Source: an uncultured bacterium
GTDB lineage: Bacteria; Omnitrophota; Gorgyraeia; Zapsychrales; Aceulaceae
Reading direction: 5' to 3'
Length of the DNA stretch: 64,000 nt
NCBI GenBank assembly: GCA_937930175.1
Contig: CALGLP010000015.1
Location: forward strand, 68,174-132,173
Below are positions 48,209-56,748 of the stretch, in pieces (position 1 is the first letter of the stretch; the number at the start of each line of letters is the position of its first letter). The notes beneath the pieces were generated by a model. The model did no database searches and was not told the origin of the DNA. It saw nothing but the letters and a program-made list of their open reading frames with translations. The translations under genes were made by a program, and so were the position numbers.

Positions 48209-49548
48209 AAAGCGCGTATTTCTCCTGCTAAAAAGACAGATCCGGCAACAAGGATAACATCCTTAGCGCGCGCGATCGCACGTGCCGCGCGAAGGCCTTC
48301 CCTTGCGTTATTGGTGACACACATTTTTTTAACTCCTAAAAAACAATGGCTCTTGCTTGAAAAATCAAAGGACCTAGGATGTTTTGACCTTGTCAAAATA
48401 ATGTCTCGGCTGATCACGCCCAGCCGCCGCAACATCCCTCTCACATCCTTATCGCTTGAGGCGCCAAAAAGGACAAGGATTCTCTTGCGAGGAAAAATCT
48501 CTTGAACAGTCTGCGCTAATTTTGCAACAGAATCTTCGTTGTGCGCACTGTCCACAACAACAAAAGGGTTACTCCCGACGATTTCAAACCGTACTGGCCA
48601 ACGCGCCCGTGCAATGCCCTTGGCCACAACGTCTTGAATCGTGGACTTCTTCCCCTTTAAGAAATATTCTACCACAGCCGCGGCCAAACTGGCATTAACA
48701 ACCTGGTGCTCACCGACAAGCCGACTTCGCAGCTTAGGCCAGCGGTGATCAAGGCCTTGCAAAGAGAACAAAACGCCAAAGCGATCCTGAGAAATCCTCT
48801 GGTAACGCACATCGCGTCCAACAGTCAAAACCTTAAGCTGAAATTTTTTGGCTTGCGCTTCAATGGCCAAACGCGCTGGAGGCCTTTGCGGCGCAGAGAA
48901 AACAGCGCGCGTGCTGGATTTAATAATAGCTGCTTTTTCTTGCGCGATCTGTTTTAAGGTTGTTCCCAGAACCTGCGTGTGGTCATAACTCATCGAGGTA
49001 AAAACACAAATCTCAGAACCCGCGGTGTTGGTGGCATCCAAGCGACCCCCAAGACCTGCCTCCGCCACCACAACATCAACTTTTTGTTTTGCAAAAAAGG
49101 CCAACGCGAGCGCCGTGTACACTTCAAAAAAAGTCAACGGCCCCAAAGATTTTTCCCGCCGAACTTTTTCGATCGCGGGCTTGATCTCCTTTAAAATTCC
49201 GCTAAGCTGGTGCCCAGAAAGGCTTCCGCAAAAAATATTCTTTTCCTCTCCCGGGGAGGACCTCGGGTTCAGAACCCGAATTCGCTCCCTCAAGCTGTAC
49301 ACGTGCGGCGAGGTGTACAGGCCGACCTTGAAGCCCGCCTCCTGCAACATGGTCGCAATAAAAACCGCGGTGGATCCCTTGCCCTTGGTGCCAACAACGT
49401 GGATCAGGGGATATTTTTTCTGGGGGTCACTGCACGCGGCAAGCAAACGTTTGATACGCTTAAGATGAAAGATAGTGCCGGCATTGACGATGGGCTGCGT
49501 TTCAAAATTAAGAAAGGACGTAAGATAATGTTCGCTGAGGCTGCGCAT
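48190..49548 (-). CDS. folC: Bifunctional folylpolyglutamate synthase / dihydrofolate synthase
   Basis: P-loop HVVGTKGKGST and the Mur-ligase family layout. Confidence 0.85.
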   Translation of the reverse strand: MRSLSEHYLTSFLNFETQPIVNAGTIFHLKRIKRLLAACSDPQKKYPLIHVVGTKGKGSTAVFIATMLQEAGFKVGLYTSPHVYSLRERIRVLNPRSSPGEEKNIFCGSLSGHQLSGILKEIKPAIEKVRREKSLGPLTFFEVYTALALAFFAKQKVDVVVAEAGLGGRLDATNTAGSEICVFTSMSYDHTQVLGTTLKQIAQEKAAIIKSSTRAVFSAPQRPPARLAIEAQAKKFQLKVLTVGRDVRYQRISQDRFGVLFSLQGLDHRWPKLRSRLVGEHQVVNASLAAAVVEYFLKGKKSTIQDVVAKGIARARWPVRFEIVGSNPFVVVDSAHNEDSVAKLAQTVQEIFPRKRILVLFGASSDKDVRGMLRRLGVISRDIILTRSKHPRSFDFSSKSHCFLGVKKMCVTNNAREGLRAARAIARAKDVILVAGSVFLAGEIRALCRSKI

Positions 49549-49552
49549 TAAA

Positions 49553-51109
49553 TTAATGCTTGAAATGGCGAGCGCCTGTCAAAACCATCGCGAGCTTTCG
49601 ACGGTTGGCTTCTGTGATCACGTCTTCGTCGGCGATCGACCCGCCGGTCTGAATGATCGCCTTGATGCCTGCCTTGGCCGCGAGCACAACATTGTCCACT
49701 TTGGGCAAGAACGCATCTGAGGCTAAAAAAGACCCCTTGGCTTCTTTCCCGGCTTTTTCAATAGCGATCTGGACACTTCCCACGCGACTGGTCTGACCAC
49801 AACCGATGCCCACCACATGACGACCCTTGACAAGGACAATGGCATTCGATTTGACACACTTCACAACCTTCCAGGCAAACAACAGCGACTCCAGCTGTGC
49901 GCGGGTCGGTTTTTGCTTGGTGACAACTTTGAGATCCCCAAGGCCAATATTTAAAGAATCCTCCTGCTGAAACAGCAGGCCGCCTTTCACTTTCTTAAAA
50001 TCAAAATCATTCTTTTTAATATCAGCAAAATTAAACTGGATCACACGTAGGTTCTTCTTTTCTTTCAGCTGCTTGAGCGCCCCGGTCTCATACCCAGGAG
50101 CAAGGACACATTCCATAAACCCGCTTTTGACGATCGCCGTCGCTGTTTTCCCATCGACCTTGCGATTCAGGGCAATGATACCACCAAACGCCGAAAGCTT
50201 ATCCGCGCCATGGGCAAAACGATACGCCGTCGCTAAATCTTTATCTTCGGCAAGGCCGGTTGGATTGTTATGCTTGATCACCACCGCTGCAGGATTGTCA
50301 AAATCTTTAACGCAATCAATGCCATTGTTAAGATCCAGAATATTATTGTAGGAAAGTTCTTTGCCGTTTAATTGCTTCATGTTGGCTAAGCCCGTAGCCT
50401 CTGCGGCATCGCGATAAAAGGCCGCCTTCTGATGAGGATTCTCGCCGTAACGAAGGTCTTGGACTTTCAAAAAATGCAAAGAAAGATTTCTCGCAAGCGC
50501 AGAAGGATCATCACCCTGCAACCGACTATTAAGAAAATTAAAAATCATATTGTCGTAGCGCGAGGTGTGCTCAAAGGCTTCCACGCCCAAAGAAAACAAA
50601 AGCCGATCTGGCAAAATTCCGCTGTTATTATTGAGTTCTTTAAGAATGGCTTGATAGCGCTCCGGATTGCAGACCACGGCGACATGTTTAAAATTTTTCG
50701 CCGCGGACCGTAACATGGACGGACCGCCAATATCGATATTTTCGATCGCTTCATCCAGATGTACGTTTTTCTTCTGGATCACCTTGGCAAACGGATAAAG
50801 ATTAACGACCACCATGTCAATCAGGCCAATTTTCTGATCTGCAAGCTCTTGAAGATGCTTGGGGTTGTCGCGTACGGCCAATAAACCGCCATGGATCGCC
50901 GGATGAAGGGTCTTGACGCGCCCATCAAGCATCTCTGGAAAGCCCGTGTAAGCGCAAACCTCTTTCACAGAAAATCCTGCAGCTTTTAACGCCTTGGCTG
51001 TACCGCCAGTCGAAAGGATCTCGACGCCAAAGGCCTGCAGCCCTTGAACAAAATCCAAAAGTCCCGTCTTATCAGAAACGCTAATCAACACTCGTTTAAC
51101 TTTAAGCAT
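49553..51109 (-). CDS. purH: Bifunctional AICAR transformylase / IMP cyclohydrolase
   Basis: MGS-like N-domain (RVLISVSDKTGL) and the AICARFT core. 518 aa. Confidence 0.95.
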   Translation of the reverse strand: MLKVKRVLISVSDKTGLLDFVQGLQAFGVEILSTGGTAKALKAAGFSVKEVCAYTGFPEMLDGRVKTLHPAIHGGLLAVRDNPKHLQELADQKIGLIDMVVVNLYPFAKVIQKKNVHLDEAIENIDIGGPSMLRSAAKNFKHVAVVCNPERYQAILKELNNNSGILPDRLLFSLGVEAFEHTSRYDNMIFNFLNSRLQGDDPSALARNLSLHFLKVQDLRYGENPHQKAAFYRDAAEATGLANMKQLNGKELSYNNILDLNNGIDCVKDFDNPAAVVIKHNNPTGLAEDKDLATAYRFAHGADKLSAFGGIIALNRKVDGKTATAIVKSGFMECVLAPGYETGALKQLKEKKNLRVIQFNFADIKKNDFDFKKVKGGLLFQQEDSLNIGLGDLKVVTKQKPTRAQLESLLFAWKVVKCVKSNAIVLVKGRHVVGIGCGQTSRVGSVQIAIEKAGKEAKGSFLASDAFLPKVDNVVLAAKAGIKAIIQTGGSIADEDVITEANRRKLAMVLTGARHFKH

Positions 51110-51114
51110 AATCG

Positions 51115-51633
51115 TCAGGCCTTTAATTGTTGAATAATCGCTTGCACAAAACGCGGCAAGTCATCGGGCTTGCGCGAGGTGATCAAATGCTTGTCCACCA
51201 CAACATCCTTGTCTTCAAAAAGCGCTCCAGCCGCCACGAGATCATCCTTGATCGCAAAAAAACTTGTGGCCTTGCGGCCTTTCAAGATCCCCGCCGACAC
51301 CAAAAGCCATCCGCCATGACAAATGGACGCAACAACCTTGCCCCTCGCATCCAACTCGCGAACAAATTGAATAATTTTCTTATGCCGCCTCAAGAAATCT
51401 GGGGCCCAGCCACCGGGAATCACAACCGCGTCAAAATCTTTGGCTTTCACATTCTGGATCGAAGCATGGACGTCGATCGGATACCCTTCTTTGCTCCCAT
51501 ATTGTTTTCTCGTCCCTGTGCCAATCACAGAAACGCGAAAACCTTCCTCTTGAAGCCGATACAAAGGATACCAGACTTCTAAAACTTGATAATAATCTTC
51601 GACAAGAATCGCGATACGCTTAGGAGAGGCCAT
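51115..51633 (-). CDS. DJ-1/PfpI family protein
   Basis: KRIAILVEDYY...VVIPGGWAP...ASICHGGWLL, the nucleophile-elbow Cys motif. AGAAGGA RBS before the ATG at 51633. Confidence 0.8.
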   Translation of the reverse strand: MASPKRIAILVEDYYQVLEVWYPLYRLQEEGFRVSVIGTGTRKQYGSKEGYPIDVHASIQNVKAKDFDAVVIPGGWAPDFLRRHKKIIQFVRELDARGKVVASICHGGWLLVSAGILKGRKATSFFAIKDDLVAAGALFEDKDVVVDKHLITSRKPDDLPRFVQAIIQQLKA

Positions 51634-51701
51634 AGAACCCAAATCCTTCTCTTAAGAGGAAACGCTAACGCTTCCCCTCAAGAGAATTTAATAGATCATG
51701 A

Positions 51702-51875
51702 TTAGAACTTCGGTGAAAACTGCTTACTTCTTGACTTCTTGCGTCTTTTAATCTCTGAAGGCTTTGAATAGTAGCGCTTTTCTTTTAGCTGCATGAGAAA
51801 ACCTTCTCTCTGGCACTGTCGCTTAAACGTCTTCAACGCTTTTTCAAAGCTGTCCGTCACTTTGACTTCCGCCAT
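51702..51875 (-). CDS. rpsU: 30S ribosomal protein S21, absent from the ORF track because it is under 60 aa
   Basis: AGGTGA RBS. Translation: MAEVKVTDSFEKALKTFKRQCQREGFLMQLKEKRYYSKPSEIKRRKKSRSKQFSPKF, a close pattern match to bacterial S21 (MPxVxVxENESxEKALRRFKRxCEKAGxL...RYEKPS). Confidence 0.8.
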   Translation of the reverse strand: MAEVKVTDSFEKALKTFKRQCQREGFLMQLKEKRYYSKPSEIKRRKKSRSKQFSPKF

Positions 51876-51935
51876 AATAAATTCACCTCTTTCTCGCTCT
51901 TAAAAACCAATTAAAGAGATATCTAAAAAAAATAA

Positions 51936-52238
51936 TTAAATCGCGTTTGCGCCTTCTTCTCCCGTGCGAATGCGGTAAATACGCTCGAGTTCCAAGATCG
52001 CGATCTTGCCATCGCCACTCGACGCTGTCTTGGCCACATCCCGGATCAGAGCCACGGTCTTATCGATCTGAAATTCATCGCTATAGATCTCGATCTTGAC
52101 CTTATCCCTTAACCCATGGCGGTGGCGTCCAAAACCCTGCACCTGCGTGACGGTCATCCCGCCAATCCCTGAATCCGCCAAGGCTGCGTAAAGCTCTTGG
52201 AATTTTTCTTTGCGAACGATCGCTTCAATCTTTTTCAT
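51936..52238 (-). CDS. PII (GlnB)-like signal protein with a truncated T-loop
   Basis: MKKIEAIVRKEKFQELYAALADSGIGGMTVTQVQGFGRHRHGLRDKVKIEI...GDGKIAILELERIYRIRTGE aligns with GlnB but lacks about 12 residues of the T-loop (GHTELYRGAEYMVDF). AGGTG RBS before the ATG at 52238. Confidence 0.65.
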   Translation of the reverse strand: MKKIEAIVRKEKFQELYAALADSGIGGMTVTQVQGFGRHRHGLRDKVKIEIYSDEFQIDKTVALIRDVAKTASSGDGKIAILELERIYRIRTGEEGANAI

Positions 52239-52335
52239 CCAACACCTACTTTCCATCCCCAATACGTAGCAAGCGCAAATAATATCACAGCGCTTTAAAA
52301 TAGTCAATTGTTGATATCAAGGAAGGTTTAAAGCC

Positions 52336-53517
52336 TTAGGCCGGGTCGTAATGAACAAACTCTTTGCCAGCATAATTCTTAAGGACATAGGAGCCGTCTT
52401 GCTGTGTGACCACAACATTGGGCTCAATGGGGATCTTCCCACCGCCACCCGGGGCGTCCACAACAAAGGTAGGGACCGCATAGCCAGAGGTATGTCCACG
52501 GAGCTTCTCGATGATATTGAGGCCCACGGATAAGGGCGTTCGAAAATGCGCTGACCCCACGATCGGATCACACTGATAAATATAATAGGGACGAACACGT
52601 ATTTTCAAAAGATCATGCATGAGCTTCTTCATAATATACGGCTTGTCGTTAATGCCTTTAAGCAAAACCGTCTGGCTTCCCATCAAGATCCCATTATCCG
52701 CCAAAAGCTCACAGGCAAAACGCACGCGTTTGGTGATTTCTTTAGGATGGTTAAAATGAATGCTCATCCAGATCGGGCTGTATTTTTTGAGCATATTCAC
52801 AAGATCGGTTGTGATGCGCTGCGGCAAGGTCACAGGAACGCGCGTGCCAATACGCACCATTTCCACATGCGGGATGGCTTTGAGATTCTTAATAATATCC
52901 TCTAAGACATCATCGCCTAGGATCAAGGGATCCCCGCCGGAGATCAAGACATCACGAATTTTTTTATTCGAACGAATATATTCATACGCAGCTTCATATT
53001 GCGAGGTTTTTGGCTTGGATCGTCCTTTGCCAAAAATACGCGACCGCGTGCAATGACGACAATACATCGCGCACATTTCACTCACCAAAAATAACACACG
53101 ATCCGGATAACGATGCACAAGCCCATGGACCGGGGACATCGAATCTTCCCCGCACGGATCTTCCAATTCATGATCCGAACGCAAAAGCTCGCTTTCCAAC
53201 GGAACACATTGACGGCGGATAGGACACGCCGGGTCTTCAGGATCGATCAAACTTGCGAAATACGGCGGAATCGCCATATTAAGCTTTTCACCGCAACGAT
53301 CAATACCGCGAGTTTCTTCTTCGGTCAGGCTAATGATCTGCGATAAGGCTTCCTTGGTCTCAATACGATTGCGAAGTTGCCAGGTCCAATCTTCCCAGTC
53401 AAGCGGCGTAGCATTTTCAAAGAAATTAATAAAACGATTTTCTTTTGAAGAAAGATTAGGCTTGATAACAATCGTTTTTTCTTGAGCCTGTCCGGCAACT
53501 TGTTCCATGGGATTCAT
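52336..53517 (-). CDS. KamA-family radical SAM aminomutase (lysine 2,3-aminomutase-like)
   Basis: CAMYCRHCTR (CX3CX2C) in the KamA context. PLP-binding region and C-terminal CDPIVGSAHFR, characteristic of lysine/glutamate 2,3-aminomutases. Confidence 0.8.
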   Translation of the reverse strand: MNPMEQVAGQAQEKTIVIKPNLSSKENRFINFFENATPLDWEDWTWQLRNRIETKEALSQIISLTEEETRGIDRCGEKLNMAIPPYFASLIDPEDPACPIRRQCVPLESELLRSDHELEDPCGEDSMSPVHGLVHRYPDRVLFLVSEMCAMYCRHCTRSRIFGKGRSKPKTSQYEAAYEYIRSNKKIRDVLISGGDPLILGDDVLEDIIKNLKAIPHVEMVRIGTRVPVTLPQRITTDLVNMLKKYSPIWMSIHFNHPKEITKRVRFACELLADNGILMGSQTVLLKGINDKPYIMKKLMHDLLKIRVRPYYIYQCDPIVGSAHFRTPLSVGLNIIEKLRGHTSGYAVPTFVVDAPGGGGKIPIEPNVVVTQQDGSYVLKNYAGKEFVHYDPA

Positions 53518-53518
53518 T

Positions 53519-54528
53519 TTAGACTTCTACCTCATGTGTTTTTAAATGTAATCTTGCCAAGCCCTCGTCTAAGGCTCGCAACACCATCTCTTCAAAAGGC
53601 CGTCCCAGCGCTTGCGCCACATGAAAGAAGGTATCTTTTTTGGACAAATTGGGCAAGGGATTGATCTCAAGAACAAAAGGCCGTCCCTTTTCATCCACAC
53701 GAAAATCGACCCTGCCAAAATCACGACACCCGACTGACAGATAGGTCTGCACGGCAAGATCCTGAAGCTTTTTGGTTAACCCAACAGGAATTTGCGCAGG
53801 GCAAAGATATTTTACGCTCTCTTCTTTGACATGTTCAAAAGTATAAAACTCATTTCCTAAATCAACACGATTGCCAATCGCATACTGGATCACCGGCATG
53901 GCGTCAGGTTCCTCGTTGCCAAAAACAACCACGGTAAACTCGCTGCCCTTAATAAATTCTTCAACCAAAGCTGGCTGATGATACTGCCCGACCACCAAAT
54001 CAACTTGACGCGCGAGCCCTTCATAATCTTCCACGCGCGAGAATTTGCTAATTCCTTTGGACGTCCCTTCGTAACAAGGCTTGACCATCAGCGGAAATCC
54101 CACGCTGTTACACTCTTCCAGATGTTCAGACGAGGTCGTTGTAAAATATTTAGGCGTTGGAATCCCATCAGCCACAAAACATTTCTTCGCCATTAATTTG
54201 TCTAGCGTAATCCCAAGCGTCAAGGCATCGGAACCAATAAACGGAATCCCATGCATTTCTAAAAGCAGTGGCACCTGCGACTCGCGATTACGGCCAGAAC
54301 GCCCTTCGGCAATATTAAACACAACGTCCACGCCAAGCTTGTGGATCTTGGATAAGAGCTGATGCGCGTTGCCGATGAGCTTGACCTCATGCCCTGCCGA
54401 CTCAAAGATCTTTTTGAGATCTCCGACGGTCTCCTTGGAATCAAGCTCCGCGTTGGCATCCAAAGGATCGCCAGCTAAAAGCGGCCGCTCTTCTTTTAAA
54501 TCGTAGGTTAATCCAATGATAAGTCCCA
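53519..54528 (-). CDS. ATP-grasp ligase of the D-Ala-D-Ala ligase family
   Basis: Ddl-like N-domain, central ATP-grasp (GFPLMVKPCYEGTSKGIS) and C-terminal FRVD...VLEINPLPNL. Its stop lies 1 nt from the kamA-like start. Confidence 0.7.
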
Positions 54529-54861
54529 TAGGCAAAAAATAAAGGACTATAGATCCCCTCTATAGTCCTTTGTCCTTTTCATGTTCTCTGTATGGCTCCG
54601 TTAAAAAAATGTTACAAGATTGATTGAATACGCTTATGAATTTCATTTTTTTATTATTTTTACTATATTTTTTTTAACACACATAAAATCCCATGTCAAT
54701 CATTTTTAAATAGAATGTCATGATAACAAATCAAAAGAATATACCAATAGATATTCTTTTTTTCAAGAAGGTTTTTTTCAACGCGTTGCCTCGCATGAAA
54801 TGTTACCATGTCCGCTGAGATTGTCTTTCTTTGGCAACAGTCTTGAAGAATCACCCAGGGC

Positions 54862-55068
54862 TGAACGGCGTGCTGGCATTGTCCTCTCGCGAATTTTCTA
54901 GCCCTCAGATTTCCTTCATTCCTTTTTAGTCAGATCTGGGGGCTAGGACTGACTCGATTTTCCTTAGTCTAAAATTAGATGAAATCGAGACGTCTCACTT
55001 TCAGCAAATCTTATATTAAGGATGAGTGAGGCGTTTGAACGAAGGATAATGCCAGCACGCCTCATACA
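54862..55068 (+). ncRNA. Candidate structured small RNA of unknown class (about 195 nt), inside a 575-bp ORF-free gap
   Basis: An 18-bp closing helix pairs 54867-54884 with 55044-55061. It encloses three hairpins: 54898-54910/54934-54946, 54953-54960/54982-54989 and 54991-54999/55025-55033. Three of the four helices carry a G·U wobble that is only valid on the plus-strand transcript. No ORF of at least 20 codons is present. Confidence 0.45.
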
Positions 55069-55110
55069 AACAAGGACTTGTTCAGTAACCTTTATTAATA
55101 AGTCAACGGG

Positions 55111-55779
55111 TTAGCGCTTTTGATCCACGCCCCGACACGGGCAGAGGGCGCGAATCACGCATTGCGAGCAAAAAGGCGAGATCGGTTTGCACACATTCTG
55201 CCCCCATAAAACAAGGAGCACATTATATTCAATCCAGAAACGTTGAGGGAGTTTTTTACGCAGTGCCATCTCTGTTTCATCCGGGGTTTTGGTTTTTACG
55301 TAGCCCAAGCGATTAGAAATGCGATGCACGTGCGTATCGACACAGATCCCAAGCTTGCCAAATCCTTCGGTCAGCACAAGATTGGCGGTCTTGCGTCCCA
55401 CGCCCTGCAATGTGAGAAGCGTATCAATATCATCAGGAACCTTAGACTGAAATTGATTCATCAAGACGCGACAAACACTTTTGATGCTCCGAGCCTTGGT
55501 GCGATAAAATCCAACGGGAAAGATTGCGCGCTCGATCTTAGCAAGGCTCAACGTTAAGAAATCCTGCGGACGGCTTGCAAGTGCAAAAAGTCTTTCCGAA
55601 GCAGGAAGGGTTGTTGTATCCTTGGTGCGCTGGCTAAGCATGCACGAGATCAAAACAAGAAAAGGATCATGCCAGCGCTTGCTGATCATAGTTACGGAGG
55701 GATCATCAAATTTCTTCACGGCCTTGCGAAGAATGTTGACAATCTTTTCAATGCGTTTGTTATCGGCTGATAAAAGCAT
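55111..55779 (-). CDS. nth: Endonuclease III (DNA glycosylase/AP lyase)
   Basis: HhH-GPD (LQGVGRKTANLVL, DTHVHRISNRLG) and the [4Fe-4S] loop CKPISPFCSQCVIRALCPC. Confidence 0.9.
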   Translation of the reverse strand: MLLSADNKRIEKIVNILRKAVKKFDDPSVTMISKRWHDPFLVLISCMLSQRTKDTTTLPASERLFALASRPQDFLTLSLAKIERAIFPVGFYRTKARSIKSVCRVLMNQFQSKVPDDIDTLLTLQGVGRKTANLVLTEGFGKLGICVDTHVHRISNRLGYVKTKTPDETEMALRKKLPQRFWIEYNVLLVLWGQNVCKPISPFCSQCVIRALCPCRGVDQKR

Positions 55780-55796
55780 AATGGTATCTTATAAAA

Positions 55797-56025
55797 AGTA
55801 GCAAGTAGAAAGTAGATAGAGTAGATAAAGTAGAGAGAAACTAAAAAACAAAGAGAAAAAAGCAAAGAGAAAAAAGAAACAAGAAAATAATATTTAAATA
55901 AGGCGGATAAATCTCTTATCTATATCTTTTTTCTATTCTTTGTCTTTCGTCTTTAACCTCCTATCTCTTTCTACTTTCTACTCTCCCTACTCTCTCCTTT
56001 ATCTACTCTATACCCTTCTCTCTAA
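55797..56025. repeat. Quasi-palindromic intergenic element built from GTAGA/TCTAC short repeats
   Basis: The 5' arm tagagtagataaagtagagag (55817-55837) pairs with the 3' arm ctctctcctttatctactcta (55990-56010) over about 21 bp. The about 150-bp core is purine-rich and mirrors into a pyrimidine-rich half. Each arm holds 4-5 copies of AGTAGA or TCTACT. Confidence 0.55.
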
Positions 56026-56715
56026 TTCTTTCGGAATTCCAATATCCGCCACAACAACTTTACCAGTATAACGAGGCCCGCTATTTTTAGAAAATCCTGT
56101 TTTCATCACCGCAAAGGTCACGGTGCACGCGGCCTTTACGCAAACACCAAGGATTTTTCCGCTCGTGGCATCAAGGCCTGAAGGCACATCAAGAGCCAAA
56201 ACATATTTTTTAGATCGGTTGATCGCCTCAATAATCAACTTGAAGGGTTCCTCGATCTGCCGCGCGAGGCCAATACCAAAGATCGCATCAACGATAACAT
56301 CCGCTCGCCTTAAACACTGAGAAACTTCCGCGTTCACTGCGCGGATAAATTTTACAGGACATCGCAATTTCTTTAAAATTTGATAATTGATCGATGGGTC
56401 TTGTTTTAAGTTTCGCAAATCTCCAATCAAAAAAACTTTGACTTTAATGCTTTGATTAAAAAGATAACGCGCAACAACCAGCCCATCGCCACCATTATTG
56501 CCACTGCCGCAAAAAATACACACGGACTTTTGCTTTTTATGCTTGAGAACTTCTAAAACTTCTTGCGCCGCGGCACGGCCTGCGCTTTCCATGAGGACAA
56601 TCGATGGAATGCCAAGCGTATGGATGGCAAGATGATCAAGCCGCTTGGCTTGAGCAACGGTGAATGCTTTTCGTTTTTTATTCTGATCCCGAGTTGTGGG
56701 ACGGCTCGCCATCAT
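56008..56715 (-). CDS. NAD(P)H-hydrate epimerase (YjeF N-terminal domain only)
   Basis: GSGNNGGDGLVVARYL signature of YjeF_N. No fused carbohydrate-kinase (YjeF_C) domain. ATG at 56715; the ORF-track start is TTG. Confidence 0.75.
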   Translation of the reverse strand: MMASRPTTRDQNKKRKAFTVAQAKRLDHLAIHTLGIPSIVLMESAGRAAAQEVLEVLKHKKQKSVCIFCGSGNNGGDGLVVARYLFNQSIKVKVFLIGDLRNLKQDPSINYQILKKLRCPVKFIRAVNAEVSQCLRRADVIVDAIFGIGLARQIEEPFKLIIEAINRSKKYVLALDVPSGLDATSGKILGVCVKAACTVTFAVMKTGFSKNSGPRYTGKVVVADIGIPKELERRV

Positions 56716-56748
56716 AGTCGACTTCAATTCTTTTTCAACACACGCTTC

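Noticed and set aside
54862-55068. Identification of the structured RNA as tmRNA, SRP RNA, RNase P RNA or 6S RNA
   Set aside because: There is no tRNA-like 3' end or CCA as in tmRNA. The SRP domain-IV GGAAG-AGCAGCC box is absent. It is too short and lacks the GUCCGGGC-type P4 elements of RNase P. It is a four-way junction rather than the single long bulged hairpin of 6S RNA. The class is left open.
55797-56025. CRISPR array interpretation of the GTAGA repeat region
   Set aside because: The units are 6 nt with 1-3-nt spacing, with no 25-40-nt repeats and no unique spacers. No cas genes are present in the window.
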